Below are positions 39,794 through 49,801 of a DNA stretch of 64,000 nt, piece after piece (the stretch's first letter is position 1; each line of letters opens with the position of its first letter). A program made the position numbers and the translations under genes. The stretch is from Halodesulfurarchaeum sp. Its GTDB lineage: Archaea > Halobacteriota > Halobacteria > Halobacteriales > Halobacteriaceae. The stretch is taken from the NCBI GenBank assembly GCA_042216015.1, contig JBDGUI010000014.1, forward strand, positions 3,778 through 67,777, in the 5' to 3' direction. Below the pieces are notes generated by a model, which saw only the letters and a list, made by a program, of their open reading frames with translations, was not told the origin of the DNA and ran no database searches.

Positions 39794-40549
39794 GTGCAGA
39801 TAGTCGGGTACGAGTCGGGGAGACCACGCGAGCCGGCCGCACTCCATCTGGCCGCAGACGGTGAGGTACAAAAGGAACGGCTGGTTCGAGGGCGAGAGCT
39901 GTCGTTCGCCCTCGACGAACGCCACTGTGCGGGCCGGAAGGTCGATTCGACCCACGAGTCGTGTGCCACCGAGACGGCCCCATACTGTGAGGTCCACACC
40001 ACCCGGTGGCCATGTGCCCACTGTCGCGGGCAGTGTGCCATGCCCATCGAGACCTGCCACGAGGAACACGCGATCTATCTGGCCGCGTTCGAACCCGATC
40101 GGTACAAGGTCGGGGTGACCAGATCCTGGCGGCTGGAAACCCGACTCACCGAACAGGGAGCCCGTCGGGCTGCCCACATTCGAACGGTGGAAAACGGCCG
40201 GACGGCCCGCCAGATCGAGGCCGAGATCGCCACCGACGTTCCGGATCGGCTCACCCAGGCGGCGAAGATCGAGGGGCTCGGCCGATCACTCGACGTCGAT
40301 GCCTGGGAGGAGTTCCTCGAACCCTTCGGGGTCATCGAGACGTTCGCCTTCGACTACGGACTCGACCTCGACCGGCAACCGATTCCAACGACGATGGCAA
40401 TTGGTCGAATCCGGGGCAGCCGCGGGCGAATTCTCGTCCTCGAGCGGGGCGAGACGACCTATGCCGTCGACCTCAAGGCCCTGGTCGGCTACGAGATCAC
40501 CGACGGTGGAAGCGACAGGGACCGGCAAGCGAGCCTCGGCGCCTTCTAA
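39794..40549 (+). CDS. DUF2797-like Cys-rich protein
   Basis: Probable GTG start (VQIVGY); several Cys/His pairs; HAIYLAAF...KVGVT...RLTEQGA. Confidence 0.75.
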   Translation: MQIVGYESGRPREPAALHLAADGEVQKERLVRGRELSFALDERHCAGRKVDSTHESCATETAPYCEVHTTRWPCAHCRGQCAMPIETCHEEHAIYLAAFEPDRYKVGVTRSWRLETRLTEQGARRAAHIRTVENGRTARQIEAEIATDVPDRLTQAAKIEGLGRSLDVDAWEEFLEPFGVIETFAFDYGLDLDRQPIPTTMAIGRIRGSRGRILVLERGETTYAVDLKALVGYEITDGGSDRDRQASLGAF

Positions 40550-40593
40550 CCGGGAGCGGGTAGTTTTTCAGTCGTCCCTTCAAACCCCGTGGC

Positions 40594-40929
40594 ATGGCCG
40601 AGGACGAACCCGAGGAGGGAGGTGCCGAGGAGAAATCGTTCCGGGAACGCGTCGAGAAGATCCGCGAGGAGCGGGCCGAGGAGGGGGAATCCGGCGAGGA
40701 TCCCCGTGAGCGAATGGAGGACATGATGGGCGGGGGCGGTGGCGGGATGGGAGGAAACCCCTTCGCGCAGATGATGGGCGGCATGATGGGCGGTGGCCCA
40801 ATGGGCGGCGGTCACGGCGAAGGGGGGGATAACGTCCGGTTGGCCCGAGAAATCGAGGCCCTCCGCGATGAGGTTTCGGCGGCAACTGCCCAACTCGAGC
40901 GGATCGCAGACGCCCTCGAGGACGAGTAA
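40594..40929 (+). CDS. acidic Gly/Met-rich hypothetical protein with C-terminal coiled coil
   Basis: SFRERVE...GGNPFAQMMGGMMGGG...LERIADALED; host-like codons. Confidence 0.75.
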   Translation: MAEDEPEEGGAEEKSFRERVEKIREERAEEGESGEDPRERMEDMMGGGGGGMGGNPFAQMMGGMMGGGPMGGGHGEGGDNVRLAREIEALRDEVSAATAQLERIADALEDE

Positions 40930-41078
40930 GCCCCCCGAATCATTGATTGCCACTGCCGGGACGGATAGTCCCATATCCACCAGCCGTCACGTTACCGGTA
41001 CGCGGACACCAGCCATCCTGTTGCCAGTTAGCGTCCACCTTTCGTCACGGTATCTGTGGGCGTCCACCCGCCGTTCGG

Positions 41079-41687
41079 TTACCAGTAAAACAGGTTCTCG
41101 GGATCGACGGGTTTTCCGACGACCTCGAGTATTCTGGCGTCGAACAGGTCCCGGCTATTTGCAGACTGGACGGTCAAAACAGTATCTGCCCCCGATCCCG
41201 TGCCCGCGACGGCGAGGACCCGTTCGTTGGCCGGGACTACCCCCGCATCACAACCCATGAGCACGATTTCGAGGGCGACCTTCGTCCCCTGACCGAAGAG
41301 CCGGAGGACGTCCGCGACGACCTCGTGAGCCGAGAATCCGTCCTTGTCCCGTAAAGCCGATCCGACGTTGCTGAAGACCATCGGGCCGACGAACACGGAC
41401 CCGCCCGCCCGTTCGATCTCTTCGCGATAGGGCTCCTGGATTTCCTGTTCGTTCGGATCACGATACCCGGTTGCGTGTCCCACGACCACCACATCTCGCT
41501 CGGTTGCATCGAAAAGGGATGCTGCCTTCGCTCCCGTTTCCCCCGACGTCGACGCGACGACGACAGTGGAAATCTCCTGTTCCACCGCGTACTCCTGGGC
41601 CCGCTTCAGGACTGACTCGGTCGCCATGTCGTCGGTGGCGAACATGGATATATACTCGTGGCCAGCGGGGGTAACCATACGGCCCAA
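41079..41687 (-). CDS. pyruvate-kinase C-terminal alpha/beta-like domain protein (DUF1867 type)
   Basis: VVVASTSGETG, LRLFGQGTKVALEI, AGTGSGADT; start uncertain. Confidence 0.75.
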   Translation of the reverse strand: MGRMVTPAGHEYISMFATDDMATESVLKRAQEYAVEQEISTVVVASTSGETGAKAASLFDATERDVVVVGHATGYRDPNEQEIQEPYREEIERAGGSVFVGPMVFSNVGSALRDKDGFSAHEVVADVLRLFGQGTKVALEIVLMGCDAGVVPANERVLAVAGTGSGADTVLTVQSANSRDLFDARILEVVGKPVDPENLFYW

Positions 41688-41738
41688 TTTTTGCGGGTTT
41701 GCAAGACCGCGTTCAGACGGTGGGGGTCAACGAACCGA

Positions 41739-42851
41739 TCACGGGTAGGCATCCAAGACCGTCGAGTAGGCCGATTCGAGTCCGTCGACCGCGTTCGAGA
41801 GACTTATCTCGGAGCGGTGATCGAGACAGGACACAGAAAGCCCCTCCTGCTCCTCGAGGGCCCGTTCGATGCCGGCGCGAAACGCCTCGATGTCTCCCAG
41901 TTCGTAGTGAAACCCCGTTTTCCCCTCGACGATCGTCTCCGAAAGCGCGCCGGCGTCGACACCGACGACCGGTGTTCCACAGGCTGTCGCCTCGAGTGCA
42001 ACGATGCCCTGGGTTTCGACCGGGCTCGGAAATGCAAAGACGTCCAGCGCGCTGTAGAACGAGGGAAGTTCCTCCCGGTCGAGGAAACCCAGAAACCGTG
42101 CGTCGACGTCGTGAAATTTGGCGGCCTGACGGAGCGAATCAGTGGCTGGGCCTTCACCACCGAAAACGACCGTCACGTCGAGCCCCGCGGCTGCCTCGAG
42201 AATCGCCTCGAGATTCTTCTCGTGGCCGTGACGGCCCGTATACCCGATCAGCGGCCTGTCGTCCGGTAACCCGTAGTGCCGCTCGAAGTCGACGGTCTCC
42301 CTTGGGTAAAACCGTGTCGTGTCAACACCATTGGGATGTACCCGAACGGGAACCTTGGACGTGAGCCGCCCTCGGAGGGTCCCAGCGGTTTGCTCGCTCG
42401 GTGCGAGCACCATGTCGGCCCGCTCGAGGAACCATCGCTCGTATCGACTGCTCACCGCCCCAACCGGTGACGCGAGGGAATCGGGAACGACATAGGAGGC
42501 GTATTCCCCCGTCGGCGTGTGATAGGAGACGACGAACGGAATCGATTCCCGCCTCGCGAGTCGGTAGCCTGCAAAACCCACGGAGAAAGGAGAGTGTGCG
42601 TGTACCAGGTCGACGTCTTCCGTCGCCGTCGGCACACTGGGGATCCCCAACCGGTATCCCTCATAAAAGGGGAACGGAAGGCTGTAGACCGGATATTCGC
42701 CCGGGTCAGGATCGTACGAGGACGCTGGATAGACGACGTCCATCCGGCCGCCCCGTGACGCATAGCGGTCACGCCACGCGGAGATCGTGTAGGTGACGCC
42801 GTTCACGGTCGGAAGGTAGGTGTCAGTGAAGGCGGCGACCGCTGGTGGCAT
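41739..42851 (-). CDS. glycosyltransferase family 4
   Basis: FTDTYLPTVNGV, HTP, GRHGHEKN, ETQGIVALEA. Confidence 0.9.
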   Translation of the reverse strand: MPPAVAAFTDTYLPTVNGVTYTISAWRDRYASRGGRMDVVYPASSYDPDPGEYPVYSLPFPFYEGYRLGIPSVPTATEDVDLVHAHSPFSVGFAGYRLARRESIPFVVSYHTPTGEYASYVVPDSLASPVGAVSSRYERWFLERADMVLAPSEQTAGTLRGRLTSKVPVRVHPNGVDTTRFYPRETVDFERHYGLPDDRPLIGYTGRHGHEKNLEAILEAAAGLDVTVVFGGEGPATDSLRQAAKFHDVDARFLGFLDREELPSFYSALDVFAFPSPVETQGIVALEATACGTPVVGVDAGALSETIVEGKTGFHYELGDIEAFRAGIERALEEQEGLSVSCLDHRSEISLSNAVDGLESAYSTVLDAYP

Positions 42852-42949
42852 CGTGGCGGAGTAAGAGAGGGGCCATTAAGAGCCTGCTTACTCGTGATGG
42901 GGTTTACCGTTCCGGAAGCCTACCATTTCGGCTCGGAGTTCTCGACGGG

Positions 42950-43948
42950 TTATTCGTCGAAGAGATCCGTATACACCTGGATCAGGTCCTCTTTGATCGC
43001 ATCCAGCTTGAATGCCTCACTCCGCGCTGCGGCCCGCGAACCGATCTCCTCGCGGAGCTCCGGGTCGAGCAGCGATTCGATGGCCGCAACGAAGTCCGAG
43101 TCCGCCTTGAGACATTCCCGGCCGTCCTCGAGCCACTCGAACGTCTCGATGTCCCGCACAACGGGTGCGGCCCCGGAGGCCATCGCCTCCAGAAGAGCCA
43201 TTCCCTCGTTCTCGTTGTGTGTCGGAAAGAAGAAGATGTCTCCGGCCGCGAACGCCCCACGGATGTCTTCGACGTACCCGGTGAAGGTCACGTTTTCAGG
43301 AGCCGATTCCACGAGTCGCTCGGTCTCGCGGCTTCGGAGGACCCGATCGAAGGTTCCCCCCGTCGGATTGAGATAGCCGAACCACGCAAAATCCAGCTCC
43401 GGGAGCTCTCGGGCGGTTTCCACGAAGGTTTCGAGTCCCTTCCGAGGAATGACGTGTCCGACGTTGAACACGACCGGTGGCGTGAGGTCGTAGCGCTCGA
43501 GATAGGTCTCTCTCAGCGATTCGAATCCGTCGATCTTGTCGGGATCGTAGCCGTTCGAGATGACCGTCGTCGGGGTATCGGTGTAGGTCTTGATGGTTCG
43601 TTCGTTGTAGCGAGAGGGGCAGATCAACCGATCGCCGAGGTCGTATACATATTCGAGATACGGGCGAAGGGGCTTTGCCAACAGGTCCGAGAGTGCGAAA
43701 CTCCCCGCGAAATCTTCTGCTGTCTGGTGGGTATGGACGACGACGGGAGTACCGGCCGCTCTGGCCCGTTTCGCCGCGAGCAGGGATCGCGGCCCCATGT
43801 TATTCAGATGAAGGAGGTCGGCCGTGGGGTCCGGCGACCGGGTGTACTCGATCCCGGATCGCTCGAGGATCTTCCGCTGGTTCTTCACCGACTGCTTGTG
43901 GCCTCCCGTAATGTACTGCTCCCACTCGAAGTAGTGACTTACCCTCAT
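42950..43948 (-). CDS. glycosyltransferase family 4
   Basis: RKG, ENEGMALLEA; start trimmed to MRVSHYF. Confidence 0.88.
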   Translation of the reverse strand: MRVSHYFEWEQYITGGHKQSVKNQRKILERSGIEYTRSPDPTADLLHLNNMGPRSLLAAKRARAAGTPVVVHTHQTAEDFAGSFALSDLLAKPLRPYLEYVYDLGDRLICPSRYNERTIKTYTDTPTTVISNGYDPDKIDGFESLRETYLERYDLTPPVVFNVGHVIPRKGLETFVETARELPELDFAWFGYLNPTGGTFDRVLRSRETERLVESAPENVTFTGYVEDIRGAFAAGDIFFFPTHNENEGMALLEAMASGAAPVVRDIETFEWLEDGRECLKADSDFVAAIESLLDPELREEIGSRAAARSEAFKLDAIKEDLIQVYTDLFDE

Positions 43949-44057
43949 TCCTCGCTCGACGACCTGCATGCATCTTCGAGGCGAGGGGGCAATAAATATC
44001 CACTACTCTGCCATCCGGTCGCGACACGTTCTTGCCGGGCCCAGCCAATCGTGGAAT

Positions 44058-44336
44058 ATGTCCATACCCGCCGAGCGCATCGAACGGCTGGCGGATCTCG
44101 CTCACCAGGCCGCTCGAGCCGGAAAAATGGACCGGGCTCGACGCTACGTCCGACTCGCTCGCCGGATCGCCGAGCGGAACCGACTCTCCCTGCCCACACG
44201 CCTCGATCGGTTCACCTGTGACAGCTGTGATACCTACCTGATTCCGGGCCGAAATGCGCGGGTTCGAACCCGGCATGGACACGTCGTCATCACCTGTTCC
44301 TGCGGGTCTCAAGACCGGTATCCATATCGAAACTGA
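44058..44336 (+). CDS. rnp4: RNase P protein component 4 (Rpp21)
   Basis: ARRYVRLARRIA, CDSC...CSCG zinc ribbon. Confidence 0.9.
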   Translation: MSIPAERIERLADLAHQAARAGKMDRARRYVRLARRIAERNRLSLPTRLDRFTCDSCDTYLIPGRNARVRTRHGHVVITCSCGSQDRYPYRN

Positions 44337-44430
44337 TGGCAACCCGCCTTTCGAGTCAAATCACAATACCGATCCAGACCTCACCGGAGAGCAAACTTTG
44401 ACGGGGGCACCTCGTATATATCGAGGTAGC

Positions 44431-44673
44431 ATGAGCGAGGATCTCCGCGCCGAGGCCCAGAACGTCGATGTCACCGTGTGGGTCGGCAAAGCGGGAATCG
44501 ATTCCGTCCGAGAGGAATTGGCCGACCAACTGGACAGCCGCGAACTCGTCAAGGTGAAGTTCCTCCGATCGGCCCGCGGCAATGACGACACCGAGGATCT
44601 CGCCGCAAAGCTTGCCGATCTCGTCGATGCCGAACTGGTCGAGACGCGAGGGAATACGGGGGTGTATCATTAA
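44431..44673 (+). CDS. yhbY: YhbY/CRM RNA-binding protein
   Basis: VWVGKAG, ELVKVKF, RGNT. Confidence 0.88.
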   Translation: MSEDLRAEAQNVDVTVWVGKAGIDSVREELADQLDSRELVKVKFLRSARGNDDTEDLAAKLADLVDAELVETRGNTGVYH

Positions 44674-45551
44674 TGGTCCCCCTGCCACTCGCTGCCGGTC
44701 CGATTGGAGAAGCGATCGGTGAATTCGGCGTCCCGCTGGCAGGAACCGTCGGCTCAGCGATTGCCTTCGCCGTGGTTTTTCTCGTGATCTACTACGGCGG
44801 AAACGCGATTCTCGGTTCGGTTCTCTCGCGAGGTATGGACCGGCGCGGGCTCGACGAACACGCGAGAGCGCCGATCAAACGATTGACGAGGGCGGGTATC
44901 CTGTTCGTCGCCGTAACAGTGGCCTTTGGCGCCGCCGGATTTACCGGCTTTCTCCAATCGCTTTCGACCATCGCCGCGGCTGGCACGCTGGCGGTCGGGT
45001 TTGCCATGCAGGACGTGATCAAGAACTTCGTCGCCGGCGTGTTCATCTACACTGATCGTCCATTTCGGATCGGTGACTGGATCGAGTGGGACGGCCACTC
45101 GGGGGTCGTCGAGGACATCTCCCTCAGGGTGAGCCGGGTCAGAACCTTCGACAACGAGTTGTTGACCGTTCCGAACTCGAACCTGACCGACGGCGTCATC
45201 AAGAATCCGGTGGAGGGCGACCGGCTCCGACGGACCTTCGTGTTCGGGGTCGGGTATGAAGACGACATCGAGGAGGCAACGGAGATAATCCTCGATAAGG
45301 CGACGATGCACGAGGAGATCATGGACGATCCCGGTCCCTCGGTCAGAGTGACCACCCTCGGAGACTCATCCGTGGGATTGCAGGCCCGCATCTGGATCGA
45401 GAACCCCACCCGGGCGGATTTCGTCCGGGTCCAGTCCGAATTCGTGAAATCGACGAAGGAGGCACTCGATGAGGCGGGCATCGACATTCCCTATCCGCAG
45501 CGGGTCCTCCACGGAGACCTGTCGGTGAGCGAGCAGGCGCTCACCGAGTGA
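44673..45551 (+). CDS. mscS: MscS-family mechanosensitive channel, second copy
   Basis: GFAMQDVIKNFVAG, RPFRIGDWI, VPNS, IPYPQR. Confidence 0.9.
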   Translation: MVPLPLAAGPIGEAIGEFGVPLAGTVGSAIAFAVVFLVIYYGGNAILGSVLSRGMDRRGLDEHARAPIKRLTRAGILFVAVTVAFGAAGFTGFLQSLSTIAAAGTLAVGFAMQDVIKNFVAGVFIYTDRPFRIGDWIEWDGHSGVVEDISLRVSRVRTFDNELLTVPNSNLTDGVIKNPVEGDRLRRTFVFGVGYEDDIEEATEIILDKATMHEEIMDDPGPSVRVTTLGDSSVGLQARIWIENPTRADFVRVQSEFVKSTKEALDEAGIDIPYPQRVLHGDLSVSEQALTE

Positions 45552-45577
45552 CACAGACTCGCTTTGAAATCCGAGAT

Positions 45578-45890
45578 GAATGGTGGACGGGCCGAGGTGG
45601 CCCGGCGTTCCGACCCGGATAGTCCCGGTCGCCTCCTCCACCCCGTGACCCTTCGAGCGACGCCCGTTCGGCGGTCCGCTGCTCACTTCCGTGCCTGACG
45701 GACTGCCGCCGACGAATCGCGGAACCGACCCCCCTGCAGGGGCGACCCGCGAACCGGTGTCCCCGAAGGACGAGGCTTCGCAGTCGGCTTCCAGGGTCCG
45801 GACCGGTCTGTCCGGACGCCCTCGGCGTTCGGCCCCCGCTGATGACCATGTGGCGGGCGAGGGGCGGGGCCAAACCGCCCGGCCTAGTCC
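45578..45890 (-). ncRNA. ffs: archaeal SRP (7S) RNA
   Basis: Minus strand starts GGACTAGGCCGGGCGGTTTGG, contains helix-8 CAGGCACGGAAGTGAGCAGC and ends ...GTCCACCATTC; about 310 nt. Confidence 0.92.
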
Positions 45891-45988
45891 AGGTTTCCCT
45901 ACCCGTCATTCCATTAAGGGCCTTTCGGGTCGGCTCCGCCCATCTGGCCCGTCGAAACGGCCAAAAGGCTGGTGTCCCATGTCCGGGT

Positions 45989-46237
45989 ATGGGACTCGGA
46001 GGCACTGCAAAGAAACTCCAGCAAGTCGTCGACCTGGCGGACGACCTCTATGCCAAGCTCAACGACCTCAAATCCGACCTGGCCGGGATGCGGGATACGA
46101 TCGAGGAGACGAAAACGAGCGTCGCGTCACTCGAAGCGGAACTGGAATCACAGCGCGCCCTGCTCGAGGCCATCGCCGAATCGGAAGATATCGATCCCGA
46201 AACCGTCGAACCGGATCGGGACACAGGAACCGAGTAG
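45989..46237 (+). CDS. coiled-coil protein (DUF5798-like)
   Basis: MGLGGTAKKLQ...QRALLEAIAE, a haloarchaeal family. Confidence 0.75.
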   Translation: MGLGGTAKKLQQVVDLADDLYAKLNDLKSDLAGMRDTIEETKTSVASLEAELESQRALLEAIAESEDIDPETVEPDRDTGTE

Positions 46238-46265
46238 TCCGCCCCCCTCCCCCCCGGGGTTGCCG

Positions 46266-47105
46266 CTACCCGAGAACGATGCTCATCCGACCGACGATAA
46301 ACGCTGCGGCTGCCAGAAACATCCCATACTTCAACCACCGGTGTCCTCGCCCGGGATCCGTCCGGCTCCGAACCAGCGCGGCGAGCATGAGCATATCGGC
46401 GGGGGCAACGACGCCGAGATACGGCAGCCCGAAGAGATCTGTCAGATAGGGAATCGGGCTCGCCAGGACAGCGATCACCAGTGACACCCCCGCGATACCG
46501 AACGCCGTTCCCGTTCCGAACGCGATCGGAAGCGTCCTGAGCCCCTCCGCTCGATCCCCGGCCACGTCCTCGATATCTTTGATGATCTCGCGCGAAAACG
46601 TCGAAAGCGCCGCGAGGGCGAAGAGGACGATCCCGTCCTGCACGCGGCCGACGGCGGCGGCCCCGAACAGGAACGTACTCCCGCCGAGATAGGCAACGAG
46701 CGCATTTCCGGCGCCTGGGCGACCCTTGAAAACCATCGTATAGGCCACGAGCCCCAGAAAATTGAGCAGGGCGATGAGAATGGCAACCGGTGGCAACGTC
46801 ACTGCCAACCCGATGGCAGTCGCGAAGAGGACTGCACTCAAGATGATCGCTCCCCTCGGCGAGACGTCGCCTCGTGGAATCGGACGCTCGGGATTGTTGA
46901 TCCGGTCGATGTCGCGGTCGAAGTAATCGTTGACCGCGTTTCCAGCTCCGGCCGCGAGCACGGTCGCCACTGCGGCCGCTCCCAGGAGCCAGGTGTCAGC
47001 CGTCAACCCAGCAGCGACGAATCCGCCGGTAAGGGTGAGTACACCCGCAGCGATGCTGTTCACCGGACGGGTGAGTTCGAGATGGCTCCGGACGGCACCG
47101 CACAT
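46266..47105 (-). CDS. digeranylgeranylglyceryl phosphate synthase (UbiA family)
   Basis: RPVN, NDYFDRDIDRINNPERPIP, REIIKDIED. Confidence 0.9.
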   Translation of the reverse strand: MCGAVRSHLELTRPVNSIAAGVLTLTGGFVAAGLTADTWLLGAAAVATVLAAGAGNAVNDYFDRDIDRINNPERPIPRGDVSPRGAIILSAVLFATAIGLAVTLPPVAILIALLNFLGLVAYTMVFKGRPGAGNALVAYLGGSTFLFGAAAVGRVQDGIVLFALAALSTFSREIIKDIEDVAGDRAEGLRTLPIAFGTGTAFGIAGVSLVIAVLASPIPYLTDLFGLPYLGVVAPADMLMLAALVRSRTDPGRGHRWLKYGMFLAAAAFIVGRMSIVLG

Positions 47106-47302
47106 GGAATCGCTGACCGTCGCCGCCGATATAAGTGGGACGACTCGGCGCGATCATCGGCTTTTCCGGAGCCAGGCGACGGAAAAATTGACTGAGCAAC
47201 TCTTTCCCACCGATACCCGCGCCGGACGCCTGGATTCGAATCCAGGGCTCTGCCAATTTGCATCGGGAGGTTTAACAGTCCCCTCGGCATACCGAAAATC
47301 AC

Positions 47303-47377
47303 GGGCGCTTAGCTCAGCTTGGACAGAGCACTTGGCTTCGGACCAAGGGGTCGCGGGTTCAAATCCTGCAGCGCCCA
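47303..47377 (+). tRNA. tRNA-Arg(TCG)
   Basis: Acceptor GGGCGCT/AGCGCCC, anticodon arm CTTGG-CTTCGGA-CCAAG, T loop TTCAAAT; TTTAAC box about 30 nt upstream. Confidence 0.95.
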
Positions 47378-47603
47378 TAGTCATTTTCGCTGCGCGAAAG
47401 CCACATTCTTCCATGAAGCGAAGTGGATGGACTGCCCGTGTGGATCGTTACAAATTCGGGGTACGGCCTTCGCAGCCGCGTGGCGAGGCCAACGGCCCCT
47501 TATAAAGAAAACGAAAGAAATCGAAGTATTTGAAGAGGAGAAAGTAAAAAGAGTTGAAAATACAGGTGGATCCTTTCAAGTGAGGGGGCGGTAGGGTTCC
47601 TGC

Positions 47604-48052
47604 ATGCAGCGGTCAGATCCTGACCCCGAATCCACCGAGGACAGTGATGGGAAAGACACACTAGCGTCAGGAACCCTTTCCCGTCGTCAAATGCTCGGGA
47701 GTGCAGGGGCGATCACCCTCACCTCGCTTGGCGGGTGTACAGGGGTTCTCGGCAGTGGAGGGGAGAAATCGGTATCCTATCGTCACAGATACAAGATGGA
47801 GGGACTCTCTCCGGCGGCCAACGTTGCTGGCGTCGAACTGGGAACCTGGGCATCGGAGGGATTGGATGTCACGTTTCATGAATCATCCGGCTCGCAAGCC
47901 ACCGTCCAGGCAGTCAGCGGTGGCAAAGACGAGTTCGGGAATGCGTCGACGGCGGCCATTCTTCAGGGAATCGAGGAGGGCGCTCCACTCACCGTCTTTG
48001 GTCACGTTCTCGAACCGATGAGCGGGGTGGTCTCCCTCGAAAAGACCGGGAT
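47604..48052 (+). pseudogene. Tat-lipoprotein NMT1/THI5/SsuA-like substrate-binding protein, 3'-truncated
   Basis: SRRQML Tat motif, LGGC lipobox, EGLDV...SGSQAT; protein-like sequence stops at SLEKTGI. Confidence 0.7.
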
Positions 48053-48274
48053 CGCCGTGAACGGATACTTCTCCGGATCCTCTCGGGAGGAAAGATACGT
48101 CGCAAGACCCAGTTCACTGACGTCGAACTCCTGCCGGCGGGCGAACGGTGGGTGTCGGCGTGGTGGATAGGTGACCGTAGTCGTCAGATCGATCCCTCTT
48201 GGCTCGACTTCGCCCGTGAGTAGCGCCCGGTTGAGATCGCTATTGTCGCAGCTCAGAGTGAGGTCGAGGGTCAT
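48038..48274 (-). pseudogene. 4,5-dihydroxyphthalate decarboxylase-like protein, 3'-truncated
   Basis: LTLSCD..D.NRALLTGEVEPRGIDL...EFDVSELGLATY...FTAIPVF is the N-terminus of this family. Confidence 0.7.
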
Positions 48275-48619
48275 TTCGTGATCGTTACATTCAATTTGCC
48301 AATAAGTCTTCGAAATGGCGTGACCGTCGATGAGTTGACGGTGAGAGGGGGAGCTAGCGAACAGCTTTGCTTATCAAAATTTCCGGGTTCATCCCCTGGA
48401 ACAACGGTGGAGCCGGTACCGACGAGGCTGGCTGCAGATCTGCTTGCATCGTCCCTCACCTTCGAATGAGCAGAAGTGGATAGACTCGTCGGAGTTAGAC
48501 TATCGGATCATAGATACGCGATGTCGAAGCGTACTGTCGTCCTCCGAGCCGCACGACACCCACGAAGGTTTATGTCGCCACTCCAAGTAGGCACATCCCC
48601 CAGGGTGGGGAGTGACCGC

Positions 48620-48969
48620 ATGACAAACACCGAAGCCGTCTTCGAGCACCACGTCGACGCGTTCGGGAATCAGGATCTCGAGGAGTCATGGTCGATTACA
48701 CCGACGACTCCGTCGTCGTGACCAATTTGGGGATTTTCAGGGGCCGATCGGAAATCGAGGGGCTGTTCACCGACCTCTTCTAGGAATTCGTCAAAGAACC
48801 CACGACGCTCGAGGTTGACGAGATGATCGTCGAGGGGGAGTTCGCCTTTCTCCGCTGGGACGCCGAAACGCCGGACAACGTCTACGAATTCTGTACGGAC
48901 ACCTTTCACATCCCCGACGGAACGATCCAGTTCCAATCATTTGCCGGGAAAATCGAACCGAAGGAATAG
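48620..48969 (+). pseudogene. SnoaL/NTF2-like protein, frameshifted with a nonsense codon
   Basis: MTNTEAVFEHHVDAFGNQDLE, frameshift near 48685, VMVDYTDDSVV..., TAG at 48781, ...DTFHIPDGTIQFQSFAGKIEPKE*. Confidence 0.75.
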
Positions 48970-49037
48970 CGAAAATTCCACTTCCCAGTCTCTGGAACGG
49001 TATCACCGATAATCACGATGCTTGAACCGCCCGGTAC

Positions 49038-49175
49038 TCAGGCGACCTGCTGGCGCTTGATGTCGACGTGGTGCCGTTCCTTCCGGGAGTGCCGTTCCAT
49101 GGCGTCTGCCGCCTCGATTTGATCGTCACCTTCGAACGTCCAGCGGCAATCGGTGCAGGTGGCAACCCAGTTCAT
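49038..49175 (-). CDS. 45-aa CxxC...HxxxxxH zinc-finger microprotein
   Basis: MNWVATCTDCRWTFEGDDQIEAADAMERHSRKERHHVDIKRQQVA*. Confidence 0.65.
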   Translation of the reverse strand: MNWVATCTDCRWTFEGDDQIEAADAMERHSRKERHHVDIKRQQVA

Positions 49176-49395
49176 GAGTGATTGTTCCGGGTATCGTGCC
49201 GGACAGGTCCAACCCGCGTGATGCTTGGTATGGGGGGCATGGGCTTGGAGCGGACGGCTCCGCCCTTACAGTACGATTAGTTGGTAAATTCAAATATCCT
49301 CCCCATGCACGGTGAAAGTGAAGGTAAACACGCAGCATCGGGAACGATTCGATGCTGGGGGTACTATTTTGGCGATGTGGACGTATTGCAGAAAC

Positions 49396-49716
49396 ATGGG
49401 ATATACCAAAACGAACGCCCACGAGGTCGAACCGGTCAGCGAGGGAATGCACTTTCTGCGAGACCCACTCGAGTGTGAGAAGGTGGGGGTCACTCTCCTC
49501 GAGTGCGACCCCGGGTGGACCGGCATGGAACACGATCATGGAGAGGAGGACCACGAGGAGGTGTACCTGCTTCTGGAGGGAAGCGCCTCGGTGAAAATCG
49601 ACGACGAGGACGTAAACATGGAAGCGGGAGACGCGGTTCGGATCGACCCCGCCGCCACCCGTCAAATTCAAAACGGTTCCACCGAGAGCACGTTCGTCCT
49701 GGTCGGGGCTCCCTGA
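49396..49716 (+). CDS. cupin domain protein
   Basis: HDH...HEEVYLLLEG, GDAVRIDP. Confidence 0.85.
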   Translation: MGYTKTNAHEVEPVSEGMHFLRDPLECEKVGVTLLECDPGWTGMEHDHGEEDHEEVYLLLEGSASVKIDDEDVNMEAGDAVRIDPAATRQIQNGSTESTFVLVGAP

Positions 49717-49801
49717 TCACTCGGGAAGGGGCTCACGACTTGCTGGCGACACCGCTCGCCCCAAACCCACTATTTTATCCGCTACCGGTTCAGGGGAGGG
49801 T

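Noticed and set aside
45578-45890. RNase P RNA, or ORFs 45691..46449 and 45541..46005, given the nearby rnp4
   Set aside because: The 5' end, helix-8 GGAA motif and length match SRP RNA; the overlapping ORFs are Pro/Arg-rich shadows
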